A stretch of 64,000 nt of DNA from Takakia lepidozioides (lineage: Eukaryota > Plantae > Bryophyta): positions 74,214,001-74,278,000 of the forward strand of contig CM060731.1 of the NCBI GenBank assembly GCA_030704615.1, in the 5' to 3' direction. Shown here piece by piece: positions 52,859-64,000 of the stretch (its first letter is position 1; each line of letters starts with the position of its first letter). A program made the translations under genes and the position numbers. Under the pieces are notes generated by a model. The model was not told the origin of the DNA. It was given only the letters and a program-made list of their open reading frames with translations, and searched no databases.

Positions 52859-54341
52859 TCCGGCCAAGGCCGGCGTAACTAAGAGCCACTTCACCTTACA
52901 GCTACTGCTTCGGGTAAAGTATTTAAAAAATTACATTTCAAAAAGAAGCACACACTCATTGTAGCATGCAAGTTCATATGCTTACTATAGAATGAGGTAC
53001 CAAAAATATATATATATATATATGTGATGTCTCCCGAAGGGAGCGCAACTTATGGTGTCACTTATCCCAAAGGGCTACTGCCTTCCAGCGGGAAGGTGTT
53101 GAGGTACAACATTATAGACCAAATACCTCACTGCCGACTACTTTAGAAAAGACCACTCTACCGTGATCGCAATCCAAGAATCAATATGAACTCGATTTTA
53201 AGTAAATCTAGACTTTCCAAAGTCCAGGAATTTATTTATTTATTTATTTAAATTGAATAAAAAATCACTATGAAAACTAATTTAAATAATTTTATTAAGT
53301 TTATTGTAGATGTTTAGTAAATATTGTTGTTCCCATAGAATCCATACCCTGATCACATCCCTAATTTGAGGTGAAATCCTAGTTTTCTACAGTTTCACAG
53401 GCAGCACGGGAGACCTCATGTCCTTCACAGTTGCTACAGTTTCTTTATATTAGCCTACAAAAAAAATGCCAAACATTGTCACTCCAAAAGTAGAGGAGTA
53501 TTATATCTGTTGTCTCAAGTTCGACATCTCCACTCAGGCAAGGGAGATTTCCCGATCTATGATTAGAACATAGTAAGATAGAAAGACATCCCGTCGAGAT
53601 ACATATCAAAATGTTCAAAGTAATTTATAATTACAACATCACCAAACCAAATTTGTACAGACAAATTGAGGTCCCTCACTATGGGCACTAATCAACCATG
53701 CCGCATTAGATGGGGCCATGGAGTTGAATGCGAAGGGTCCAGTTCCGCCAGCGTGGACCCCTCACGCCCACCCCCCGCTCCAACGCCTGCACACCGCGCA
53801 GCAACAGCCGCGCGGCACGCCCTCCCGTACCTCATGTTCCCGCTTCCGGGACATGAGACGTGCCTTCCCATCCCTCCTCTCATCCTGCCCTCATGCATGG
53901 CATCATCCTCCATCCCCCCTGCATGCCTTCATCCTCCCCATGCTACATGGCATCCCAAGCATACATCATGCCCTCTTTCAAAATCATTCTGACATCTATT
54001 CAAATTTCAATTGGCAAATCTGAAGAAAGAATGGACGTTGGGATATATGCCACATCGTCACATACACTCCAACCCTAATCCAGGGTTCTGCTACCCTCAT
54101 TGTGCATTTCCTTGTACAGTAGTTCTCTCCATGCCTTCCAAACGCGTCCCCACCCTGGCACTCTGCGTTCATCTTCCATATTGAATTGTGTTTGTATAAT
54201 GTTGCCCACATGAACATGTTACATTGCATTGTAAGTTGCAATCATGTAGATGTCTGGCCCACATGAAGAAGTTTGTGCTTGCATAGGGTCCAATTTGTTG
54301 TCTGATGCATGAATTTCCATTGCAGCTAGACATGCCCACAA

Positions 54342-55065
54342 TGTCGCGGCCCTTTGCCTTGAGGGCAGGGGGTCGGGACACATGAGGGGCTGCCCCTGTG
54401 GTGGGGGCAGCGGCAGCGATAGGTATGGGGGGCTGAAGCACCCTTGAGTGCCCAAGGCACTCAAGGAGGCGGAGGCGCTCACTAGGTGGAGCCCCGCACA
54501 CCGGGTTGCGGTGGAGGTGGCTCCACAAGGGGTGGTGGTAGCTTAGTGGGACTTAGTGGGGGTGGCATAGGACTCACCATGGGGTGGAGACCTCGAGGTG
54601 GGAGTCGTGGGGAGTCTTGGGACTCATCACGGTCCATTGGGGCCGCGGTGAGTGGGCCAAGACTCACCGCGACTCACCACCGGGAGTCGAGGGTTTTCGT
54701 GGTGGTTCGCCATAAAATGGCATGGCTGGTTATGAAACCCCCGCGGACAGCTACAGAAGTATATATAGGGAGTAGTAACCCCGAGAACGGTGCAAGCCCG
54801 TTGGTGACCAAAAACTAGTGAGTAAGCGAGCGAGCCGGAAAGCGACCAAAGAGTGGGGAGCTGTTCCGGACTGCCATCTACCAAAGGGAATTCTCCTAGT
54901 CCCAAATAGGTGGAGGGTTTAGAGGGAAGCGGAAGGGGACCGTTATGTCCCGGTGAGCAGCCGAAACTCCAAGTTGGCCCGGCGGCCAGGTTGGGAGTCA
55001 GGCGCGCGCATCAAAGCGAGTAACTATGACTTGAAGGGGAGTTTACCGAACTGAGGTGTGCGACA
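54342..55065 (+). repeat. 5' LTR of the chromovirus
   Basis: tgtcgcgg...gtgcgaca; no differences seen versus 60590-61313. Confidence 0.96.
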
Positions 55066-55067
55066 CT

Positions 55068-55079
55068 TGGTATCAGAGC
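55068..55079 (+). promoter_or_regulatory. Primer binding site for tRNA-iMet
   Basis: TGGTATCAGAGC, 2 nt after the LTR. Confidence 0.95.
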
Positions 55080-55120
55080 TTAGAGTTCAGTACGCGATCG
55101 TCCTTGGGATTGGCCTCATC

Positions 55121-58100
55121 ATGGGGTCGGGCAAGCCGAAGCGAAAGCGGAACGGCCCAAAAGATGATGATCCCGGTGAGCCCGATGGGGGCGACGTGTC
55201 ACCGAGGCGGCCGTTTGAGGAAGCGATTAATGTTTCCGAAAACGAGGCCGCTCAGGAGCGGGAGGAATCCGAGGAGTCGGAGCCCGAGGAATCTTTGAGA
55301 GCTCCGACAAACCAAGAGATGCCTCCCATGCCGGCAGCCTTTTGGGAAGGGTTGTTGGCGCAGTTTGGCGGGACGTTGAAAGACGTGTTGAAGGCGGCTA
55401 ATGCCACTTCCACCAAGGCAAAGTTTAAGGTGAAGCCTAAGGAACCCGGCACCTTCGAGGGCGTTCGAAACCGGAAGGCACTCAACACCTGGCTCCTGGA
55501 GCTAGAGCAGTACTTCCGGGCGGCCAAGTTGAGTGACGAGGATCGGGTGGAAGTGGCTCCCACCTATTTGAGGGGCTATGCTCAACAATGGTGGCAGAAA
55601 CGCCTTCACGACCGAGGCCCAAGCCCGGAAACCTTGAACTGGAGTGAGTTCAAGGAATTGATGAAGAGACAGTTTGTGCCCCTCAACGCATCCTGGCTTG
55701 CCCGGGACAAGATGAGGAATTTGAAGCAAACAGATGACATTCGGGGGTATGTCCAGGCTTTCAATGTGCTGTTGCTCGAAGTCGCGGACATGGCAGAACC
55801 AGAAATGGTCTTCAACTTTGTGGCGGGACTGGCCCCATGGGCTAGGCGGAAGTTGGAGGAGAAGCCACCCAAGACTTTGAACGAGGCAATTGAGAGAGCT
55901 GAATGTTTCTCGGATGTCCCTAGGGGTGAGAGACAAGGCCGTACGGAGCTGAACCACAAGAAGACCCGGCGGGAAGGTGACTCCTCCCGACCGGAAAAGA
56001 AGTGGGATAGGCCACGCGGCGAAAATGGCACGTGGAAATCGAAGGGAGGTCCTTCACACGTCAAGGCGGCACCCGGTGCTTCGAAAGGAAAAGCGGGTGG
56101 AGCGACTTATGGCGGACAGAAGGCGACCTTTGATGGAGTGTGTTTCAATTGCGGGGAGCCCGGGCACATGGCCAAGAAGTGCACGAAGCCCCGGCAATTG
56201 AACATGACTCGGGCGACCACGGAGCTGTCGGAAGATACCATCAGTCGCTTGGTGGAAGCGGTGGTCGCCAGGACTTGCAAGGTAGGCAAATTTTCTTGTG
56301 AGTTGTATCAGGAAACTGGCGCCTTACGAAAAGGGAGTCAGTTATTGTTCGTGGATGGGATAATATCCGGAACTAATGTGTCGTTGTTGGTGGACACAGG
56401 AGCGTCGCACTCCTTCATGACGCCGGCGGCGGCGCGAAAGTTGGGACTCCCGACAAGTGACGTGGGGGCCTCTATTGAGGTGCGCTCTGCCAAAGGAGAA
56501 CCTCAGTTGGCGACAAGGTTGGCGTTTGATGTTCCTCTTCAACTGGGGAGTTGGGAGGGACGTGAGAACTTCACTATCTGCGAGATCGATGGAGTGGATC
56601 TCATTTTGGGAATGACCTTTTTGAGCAAATCCGGAGCGGTCATAGATGGCCGCAAGAGAGTAGTCACGCTGCCATGTGGGAATGGTGGCGAGGTTTTACG
56701 AGTGTCGGAAACGCCCAAATCCGTGGGAGGGCGAATAAACCTTCTATCAGCAAAGGAGTGGGCCGTGGAGGAGACACACGAGTCCCAGTTTTTGCTTTAC
56801 ATTAGAGAAGTGAAAGGAGAAGGCGATGGGGAGCCGAGCCCAGATTGGATCAAGGGGATTTTGGAGAAATACCAGGATGTGATGCCGGAGGATTTACCAA
56901 GCGGCTTGCCACCGCGAAGAGGAGTTGACCACAAAATTGAGGTGATACCGGGATCGGAACCGCCTGCCAAGGCGCCCTACCGGTTGAGCCACAAAGAGTT
57001 GGTCGAGCTGAAGACTCAGCTCAAAGATCTAATGTCAAAGGGGTACATCCGGCCGAGTAAGTCACCTTACGGAGCCCCGGTGCTATTTGCAGACAAGAAG
57101 GATGGGACGCTGCGGATGTGTGTCGATTACAGGGCTCTGAATAAGGTGACTATCAAAAACCGGTACCCTTTGCCAAGGATCGACGACCTCTTCGATCGGT
57201 TGGCAGGAGCGAAGTATTTCAGCCGGATCGACTTGCGCTCCGGCTATCACCAAATTCGGGTGGCGGAAGGAGATGAGGAGAAGACCGCGTGCAGGACAAG
57301 GTATGGTTCATATGAGTTCTTGGTGATGCCTTTTGGGCTCACCAATGCACCAGCGACATTTAGCACGCTGATGAACAGCCTTTTCCAGGAGTGGTTGGAT
57401 GACTTTGTGATCGTGTACATCGACGACATCTTGGTGTACTCGAAAACAAAGGAGGAGCACCTGGAGCACCTCAAAAGGGTGTTCCAAAAATTGCGAGAAG
57501 GGAAGCTGTATGCCAAAGCTTCAAAGTGCGAATTCGGGGTCACAAAAGTGGAGTTCTTGGGGCACGTGATTACACAGGATGGGATCAAAATGGATGACAG
57601 AAAGGTGAGGGCGATCTTGGACTGGGAGCCTCCGACTTCGGTCCCGGGAGTGCGATCCTTCCTAGGACTCGCCTCCTATTACCGGAAGTATGTGAGAAAT
57701 TTCGCCAAGATCGCGGGGCCGCTGTCGGACCTTCTGTGTAAATCCAAAGTCTGGGTATGGAACACATTTTGTGGCCAAGCTTTTGCTGAATTGAAGCAGC
57801 GGATGACGGAAGCTCCAGTCTTAAAAATCCCGGAGTTCGATCGTCCGTTTGAGATTCATACAGATGCATCGGACTTCGCAATTGGGGGTGTACTTATGCA
57901 AGATGGACGTCCAGTGGCTTACGAAAGTAAGAAACTGAATGAAGTGGAGCGACGGTGGCCGACGCACGAAAAAGAGATGAAGGCGGTGGTACATTGCCTT
58001 GAACTCTGGCGCCACTATGTTGGTTCCAACCCAGTGAAGGTGTTCACGGACAATGTCACGGTGAAGTATTTTGCCACGCAGCCCAAGTTGTCCCCAAAAC

Positions 58101-59683
58101 AACTTAGGTGGCAAGATACTTTGGCAGTGTTCGACGTGGATATCCAGTACAAACCGGGACGGGACAATGTGGTGGCCGATGCTTTAAGTAGAAAGCAGCA
58201 GCTCTTGTTGGTGTACAAGGGCGAGACGGCGCTCCAAAGGAAGATCCGGAAGGCTTGCCGGAAGGATGAGCTGGCAAAGTGCGTGATGCAGAACTTGAGA
58301 ATGGGGGTTAAATCGCAGTTCCACTTGCAAAACGGACTGCTCCGGTATAAGCAAAAACGTCTCTATGTGCCAAAGGGAGGGATCAGGGATAGTCTCTTGA
58401 GAGAATGCCATGATAGCCCGCTTGCGGGCCACGGTGGAGCCAAGCGCACTGCGGCACTCTTGAAGAAAGAGTATTTCTGGCCCAAACTGAGGGAGGAGGC
58501 AGAGGAGTATGTAAAGACATGCACCACATGCCAACAAAACCGGAGCGAGTATAAAAAGCAAGCGGGGCTGTTACAACCCTTGCCGATTCCAGAGGGGACT
58601 TGGGAAAGCGTCTCGATGGATTTCATGACTGCTATGCCGCTGTCAAAAGGATTCGATGCAATCATGGTGGTGGTAGATAGGTTCAGTAAAATGGCCCATT
58701 TCATCCCCACCAAGGAGACGGCAACTGCGCAGGAGACAGGGCGACTTTACTTCGCCCACGTCTTAAAGCATCATGGAGTCCCGAAGGATATTGTCTCGGA
58801 CCGCGACCCAAAGTTTACGAGTAAATTCTGGAGAGCACTTTGGAAGAAGATGGGGACGAGGCTGAAGATGAGCACCGCCTTCCGACCTACGACGGACGGC
58901 CAAACGGAAAGAGTGAATTCCGTAGTGAAGCAATTCTTGCGGAATTACGTGTCGGCAGACCAATCAGACTGGATGGAACACTTAGACGCGGCAGAGTTCT
59001 GTTATAATAACACAGAACACTCCGCGACGGGAGTTTCCCCTTTTGTGTTGGTCTATGGAAAAGCACCTCTGGTGCCGACAAGTTGGGCCGCCCAGGACGT
59101 TGAGGAACCGGCAGTAGCGGCGGTACTGGAAGAACGCGAGCGTTTGTTGAAGCTCGCAAAGTACAACATTGCCAAAGCTAGGAAACGGTATGAAAGGCAG
59201 GCGAATCGGAAGCGGAGGGAAGTGAAGTTTGAGGCAGGCACAGAGGTCTGGTTGAACATCAAGAATTTTCGACTACCTCCGGAAATGAGTCCGAAGTTCG
59301 TACCTCCGTATGCGGGCCCCTTTCGCATTCGGAGGGTTATGAATGAGGATGTGTATGAATTGGAGCTGCCAGCAAACAGCAAGGTGCACCCAGTATTCCA
59401 TGTCTCCCTTTTGAAGCCTTACTTCAAAGATGAAGCACGTCCGAATCGGCAGCAAGTGTTGCGTCCGCCACCTATGCTGTTGGATCATGAAAATGAACCC
59501 GAGTACGAGGTGGAGGCAATACTTAAGTCGAGGAGGTTCAAGAACCGAGAAACGGAGTATCTCGTCAAATGGAAGGGCTATCATCTTGTGGAGGCATCTT
59601 GGGTGCGTGCCTCAGAAATGGGAAACGCATCCGAGGCAGTTGCAGCGTTCGAAGGGCGACCTCAAAAGCGGAAGAAGCGTTGA
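55121..59683 (+). CDS. Gag-Pol polyprotein (gag, CCHC, PR, RT, RNase H, IN, chromodomain)
   Basis: [14 protein letters not shown]; LVDTGASH; YIDD; TDASD; HDSPLAGH...CTTC; SMDF...SDRD...DGQTER; AGPF; YEVEAIL...YLVKWKGY. Confidence 0.97.
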   Translation: MGSGKPKRKRNGPKDDDPGEPDGGDVSPRRPFEEAINVSENEAAQEREESEESEPEESLRAPTNQEMPPMPAAFWEGLLAQFGGTLKDVLKAANATSTKAKFKVKPKEPGTFEGVRNRKALNTWLLELEQYFRAAKLSDEDRVEVAPTYLRGYAQQWWQKRLHDRGPSPETLNWSEFKELMKRQFVPLNASWLARDKMRNLKQTDDIRGYVQAFNVLLLEVADMAEPEMVFNFVAGLAPWARRKLEEKPPKTLNEAIERAECFSDVPRGERQGRTELNHKKTRREGDSSRPEKKWDRPRGENGTWKSKGGPSHVKAAPGASKGKAGGATYGGQKATFDGVCFNCGEPGHMAKKCTKPRQLNMTRATTELSEDTISRLVEAVVARTCKVGKFSCELYQETGALRKGSQLLFVDGIISGTNVSLLVDTGASHSFMTPAAARKLGLPTSDVGASIEVRSAKGEPQLATRLAFDVPLQLGSWEGRENFTICEIDGVDLILGMTFLSKSGAVIDGRKRVVTLPCGNGGEVLRVSETPKSVGGRINLLSAKEWAVEETHESQFLLYIREVKGEGDGEPSPDWIKGILEKYQDVMPEDLPSGLPPRRGVDHKIEVIPGSEPPAKAPYRLSHKELVELKTQLKDLMSKGYIRPSKSPYGAPVLFADKKDGTLRMCVDYRALNKVTIKNRYPLPRIDDLFDRLAGAKYFSRIDLRSGYHQIRVAEGDEEKTACRTRYGSYEFLVMPFGLTNAPATFSTLMNSLFQEWLDDFVIVYIDDILVYSKTKEEHLEHLKRVFQKLREGKLYAKASKCEFGVTKVEFLGHVITQDGIKMDDRKVRAILDWEPPTSVPGVRSFLGLASYYRKYVRNFAKIAGPLSDLLCKSKVWVWNTFCGQAFAELKQRMTEAPVLKIPEFDRPFEIHTDASDFAIGGVLMQDGRPVAYESKKLNEVERRWPTHEKEMKAVVHCLELWRHYVGSNPVKVFTDNVTVKYFATQPKLSPKQLRWQDTLAVFDVDIQYKPGRDNVVADALSRKQQLLLVYKGETALQRKIRKACRKDELAKCVMQNLRMGVKSQFHLQNGLLRYKQKRLYVPKGGIRDSLLRECHDSPLAGHGGAKRTAALLKKEYFWPKLREEAEEYVKTCTTCQQNRSEYKKQAGLLQPLPIPEGTWESVSMDFMTAMPLSKGFDAIMVVVDRFSKMAHFIPTKETATAQETGRLYFAHVLKHHGVPKDIVSDRDPKFTSKFWRALWKKMGTRLKMSTAFRPTTDGQTERVNSVVKQFLRNYVSADQSDWMEHLDAAEFCYNNTEHSATGVSPFVLVYGKAPLVPTSWAAQDVEEPAVAAVLEERERLLKLAKYNIAKARKRYERQANRKRREVKFEAGTEVWLNIKNFRLPPEMSPKFVPPYAGPFRIRRVMNEDVYELELPANSKVHPVFHVSLLKPYFKDEARPNRQQVLRPPPMLLDHENEPEYEVEAILKSRRFKNRETEYLVKWKGYHLVEASWVRASEMGNASEAVAAFEGRPQKRKKR

Positions 59684-60589
59684 TGGGGACATCAACCTTG
59701 GAGCGTGGGGGAGGAAATGCATGCTTAGCCCGGTTTAGCTAGCTCAGGAATCCGATTGCAAAAACTTGTATTGTACAAAAATTTGTGATAAAGGAAATGG
59801 GTTCCAAATATTGTGCGTCCTATTGTGTTTGGAATGGTGATGCATGGTGTGGTTGGCTGGTGTGTAGAATGCATGCTAGCTTACAAAAGTGGGAGAGGTA
59901 AATTGGGTTAATCGTGTGTTTGCGTAGTGCCGAAATCGGGTGACTCCCATCCAAGGGGCAAGGAAACTTGCGCCTTATTTGGGAGTTCAAGTGCTAGTGC
60001 GCACCTGGCGCGTGCGCGTACTATAACTGCGCTACCGAGGGGGTTGCCTTGTAGTGCGGGCTAACGCGGAAGCTACGTGCTTCCGTTCACGTACTATAAT
60101 CGTGTAGCCTCGGGACGAAGTCGTAGTGCGGCTTCGGCGTGTTCCCGTACCTCAGGCCAGCATTCCAAGGCGGACCCAATTGTAGTGATTGGGGCGCACG
60201 GTTGGTTCAAGGTTATCTTCCTAGTCAAAGAGGGTTCCAGGTGAACCCTTGCTCAAGGTGATGCCAAAAGCGGCATCATGAGCGATCGCAAGCAATGTTG
60301 TTGCAGTAAGGCGATTCGATCCTCGGGGAGGATCGTTCCTTGGCCTTGAAGTAGGCCAAGAAGAGTGCACTGGGAGGAGCTGGAGAGGCTCCACCCTTGG
60401 CCGGGACTTGGAGGAAGTCGGCCGAACTAGCTAGTGGAGAGTGGAGTCAAGTGTGGGGTTTGGTTCTTTGCCATGGGACGCCATGGTACGGAAACAAACT
60501 CCTTGATGTGGGACGCCACAACTTGGATGTTCGTTTCTACAAAATGGACAAGTCGATGAGGACATCGACTCCCTGTTGGTAGGGGTGTG

Positions 60590-61313
60590 TGTCGCGGCCC
60601 TTTGCCTTGAGGGCAGGGGGTCGGGACACATGAGGGGCTGCCCCTGTGGTGGGGGCAGCGGCAGCGATAGGTATGGGGGGCTGAAGCACCCTTGAGTGCC
60701 CAAGGCACTCAAGGAGGCGGAGGCGCTCACTAGGTGGAGCCCCGCACACCGGGTTGCGGTGGAGGTGGCTCCACAAGGGGTGGTGGTAGCTTAGTGGGAC
60801 TTAGTGGGGGTGGCATAGGACTCACCATGGGGTGGAGACCTCGAGGTGGGAGTCGTGGGGAGTCTTGGGACTCATCACGGTCCATTGGGGCCGCGGTGAG
60901 TGGGCCAAGACTCACCGCGACTCACCACCGGGAGTCGAGGGTTTTCGTGGTGGTTCGCCATAAAATGGCATGGCTGGTTATGAAACCCCCGCGGACAGCT
61001 ACAGAAGTATATATAGGGAGTAGTAACCCCGAGAACGGTGCAAGCCCGTTGGTGACCAAAAACTAGTGAGTAAGCGAGCGAGCCGGAAAGCGACCAAAGA
61101 GTGGGGAGCTGTTCCGGACTGCCATCTACCAAAGGGAATTCTCCTAGTCCCAAATAGGTGGAGGGTTTAGAGGGAAGCGGAAGGGGACCGTTATGTCCCG
61201 GTGAGCAGCCGAAACTCCAAGTTGGCCCGGCGGCCAGGTTGGGAGTCAGGCGCGCGCATCAAAGCGAGTAACTATGACTTGAAGGGGAGTTTACCGAACT
61301 GAGGTGTGCGACA
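60590..61313 (+). repeat. 3' LTR of the chromovirus
   Basis: Preceded by the PPT-like ggtaggggtgtg (60578-60589). Confidence 0.96.
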
Positions 61314-61318
61314 CACAA

Positions 61319-63005
61319 TCTGCCAGCACCATGTGGTTGAATCTATCGCTGCCCAGGGGCCCACTGGTGGTTTTCACAAAGAAGTCCAAGATCACCAGAC
61401 TTCAGACATAAGTGCGCAATGGATAGCAGGTTGGTTGAACCCTCCTTGGGTGAAAGCAGAGCTAGCTGTCATGATACAAGGTCTAGCACAGTGTGGTGAT
61501 GCAAGGATACTATGTATGGCAGGGCGACTGAAAGACGCGGTGCACATTTTGAACCGGCCAAGACATTTCGGCAGACTCCGACACTTACGTCTGTCTCTTA
61601 CAGGAGTGCATCAACATGCAAGGCCTAGAAGAAGGAAAGCAAGTGCATGCCCACATTATCCGAACTGGGTTCAAGCCAAAAGTCTTCTTACTTAACACCC
61701 TTATGAACATGTACGCCAAGTGCAGGAGCGTGCTGGATGCACGGCAAATGTTTGACAACATGCCTAAACGAGTGATATTTACCTGGAATATAATGATAGC
61801 AGGATATGCCAATTATGGGTGCGGGAGGGAGGCAATTGAGATGTATGAGCAAATGATGCAGGAAGGGACGACACCCAATAAGGTGACATTCATATGCATT
61901 GGCAAAGCATGTGCCTGTCTGGCATCCCTGGAGAAGGGCAAAGGGGTCCATGCCGACATTATCAGAGTTGGGATTGCACCAGATGTGATTATGGAGACTA
62001 CCCTTGTTGACATGTATGTCAAATGTGGGAGCATGCAATATGTGCGTCAAGTGTTTGATAATTATACTCATCATGGGTGTTGTATGGAGGCTTTTGAGAT
62101 GTATGGGCAAATGATACATGAAGAGGTGACTCCGGACAAAATAACTTTCAATTGCGTTCTCAGGGCATGTGGCAGCCTAGCAGCCCTGGAGAAGGGCAAA
62201 GAGGTTCATGCTAACATTATCAAATGTGGAATTCCACCAGCTATCATCCTGGAGACTGCCCTCAAAAACATGTACGCCAAATGTGGGAACATGAAGGATG
62301 CGCTTGAAGTGTTTGACAACATGGCTGAGTGTGATGTTGTGTCATGGAGCACTATGATTGCAGGATATGCTCAGAATCACTGTGGTAGGGAGGCTTTTGG
62401 CATCTATGACCACATGATTAAGGAAGGCGTGGCACCCAATAAATCACATATATCTTCTAAATGTTTGTGCCAGCCTTGTAAGCCTGGAAAAGGGCAAAGA
62501 ACTACATGCTGAGATAATCAAATCTGGAATCCCAACACATGTCATTCTGAACACTGCCCTTGTTAACATGTATGCAAAATGTGGGAGCATGGAGGATGCC
62601 ATTCAACTGTTTGACAAAATAGCTCAACGGAATGTGGTTTCATGGAATGCGGTGATTGCAGGATGTGGTCAGCATGGTTGTGCCAGGGACGCCCTTCAAT
62701 TATTTGAACAAATGCAAGAGAAAGGGTTGAAGCCAAATAGTGTCACATTTATTTGTGTTCTCTCTGCATGTAGCCATGTAAGCCGAGTGGATGAGGGTTG
62801 TCACTACTTTGATTACATGAATCAAGTTCATAGCCTTGCTCCTACAGAGGAGCATTTTGGCCACATGGTGGACCTTTTTGCGCGTGTAGGAATATTGATT
62901 GATGCGGAGGAGTTTGCCAACAGAATGTCTATCAAACCAGGTACTTCAGTGTGGGGGGCCTTGCTTGGTGCCTGCAGAATTCATGGCAATGTGGCGGTAG
63001 CCGAA
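61319..63005 (+). pseudogene. PLS-class pentatricopeptide repeat gene, frameshifted and truncated in the E domain
   Basis: Repeated LxxMYAKCG...FDxM...VVSWxxMIAG...PNxVTF units and VWGALLGACRIHGN; frame breaks near 61560 and 62440. Confidence 0.9.
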
Positions 63006-63119
63006 CTCTTTTGCTTGCAAAGCAGGGGTTGGGTTCATCTGCAAGTTTTTCAATTTTTATTTTTATTTTATTGTGGCAAAATGCCTCCTGCAGTTGAATC
63101 CGCAGGAGGCTGCGACTTG

Positions 63120-63740
63120 CTCCTCCACCGCATCTGCAGTACAAAGCGTGTGTCAAGCACATACCCCGTCTCCTTCATCTGCCCAGACAATCTTTTTGGC
63201 TAAGCATGGATTTCCTTAATTCTGGGATGCAGTTTGTCATCTACAACAAAGCTGTGCGCCCTGTTGCCAACCTCAATGCAGCAACGACCTGGCTCATTCC
63301 TAACCTCTATGACCTTCATCATTTTTCTCACCTTTGCACTATCATCCTCGCCTCCTTCATCTGCCCAGACAATCTTCTCAGCTAAACATGGATTTTCTTA
63401 ATTCTGGGATGCAGTTTGTCATCTACAACAAAGGTATGCGCCCTGTTGCCAACCACAATGCAGCAGTGACCTGGCTCTTTCCTAAATCCTCTAACCTTCA
63501 TCATTTTTCTCACCTTTGCACTATCATCCCACCTGCGAGCTGCAACATAGATGTTTGATAGCAACACATAAGTCGCGGCATCTTGTTCATCCCACTTGAG
63601 AATAGATATTGCAGCATGTTCAGCCATCTCCACATTGCCATGGATTCTGCAGGCACCAAGCAAGGCCCTCCAAACCATAGCTTTGGTTTCATTAGCATTT
63701 TGTTAATGAGCTCCTCTACCTCATCCAATTGCCTCATATG
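63120..63740 (-). pseudogene. PPR E/E+ and partial DYW-domain fragments, internally duplicated
   Basis: VWRALLGACRIHGNVEMAE, YVLLSNIY, KEPG...HTFVVDDKLHP (present twice) and GYVLDTRFVL; in-frame stops. Confidence 0.85.
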
Positions 63741-64000
63741 TTCGCGGTGGCAAGCCGCTTGGTAAATCCTCCGGCATCACATCCTGGTATTTCTCCAAGA
63801 TCCCCTTGATCCAATCTGGGCTCGGCTCCCTATCGCCTTCTCCCTCCACTTGTCTTACGTAAAGCAAAAACTGGGGCTCGTGTGGCTCCTCCACGGCCCA
63901 CTCCTTTGCTGACAGCAGATTTATTCGCCCTCCCACTGGGTTGGGCATTTCTGACACTCGTAAAATTTCGCCACCATTCCCACACAGTAACGTGACTACT
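63741..64000 (-). mobile_element. Truncated fragment of the same chromovirus family (PR-RT linker), continuing beyond the window
   Basis: [17 protein letters not shown]...[17 protein letters not shown] closely matches about 56660-56918. Confidence 0.92.

Larger units (their letters stand above)
54342..61313 (+). mobile_element. Intact Ty3/gypsy chromovirus LTR retrotransposon
   Basis: 724-bp TG...CA LTRs; 5-bp TSD CACAA (54337-54341 and 61314-61318); iMet PBS; PPT; single gag-pol ORF ending in a chromodomain. Confidence 0.97.

Noticed and set aside
54860-54925. gtcccaa...gtggaggg resembling a twister ribozyme
   Set aside because: The conserved UAA element and pseudoknot pairings could not be built.
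55018-55031. gagtaactatgact in the LTR resembles a conserved LSU rRNA segment
   Set aside because: Only 14 nt with no flanking similarity; a match this short to several kb of rRNA is expected by chance in 64 kb.
55252-59738. Many short antisense or overlapping ORFs within gag-pol
   Set aside because: Shadow ORFs of a GC-rich coding sequence.

Overview
Eukaryotic nuclear DNA, most likely from a non-seed land plant (inferred from intron-containing pectate lyases, PLS-class PPR/E-DYW genes and microbial-type terpene synthase-like genes). About two thirds is transposable element. 0.3-24.3 kb is a four-level nest: a TIR element holds an L1-type LINE, which is split by a CACTA element, which holds an 11.8-kb Ty3/gypsy retrotransposon (7361-19174, minus strand). 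That gypsy element is the main discovery. It encodes a C5 cytosine DNA methyltransferase between protease and RT and a PHD finger at the integrase C-terminus. A UAG-CAA-CCA readthrough-type stop precedes RT, and the PBS is complementary to the element's own LTR rather than to a tRNA. The terminal repeats are permuted (B...A-B-A in element orientation), as if a 2-LTR circle had been opened at a palindrome inside one LTR and integrated with a 4-bp TSD. 26-52.4 kb is an inverted duplication: each arm carries a degenerate microbial-type terpene synthase, and the arms flank two tandem pectate lyase genes. 54.3-61.3 kb is an intact, young chromovirus inserted at the 5' end of a PPR pseudogene. All calls come from reading motifs by eye; no database searches were run, and fragment boundaries are approximate.
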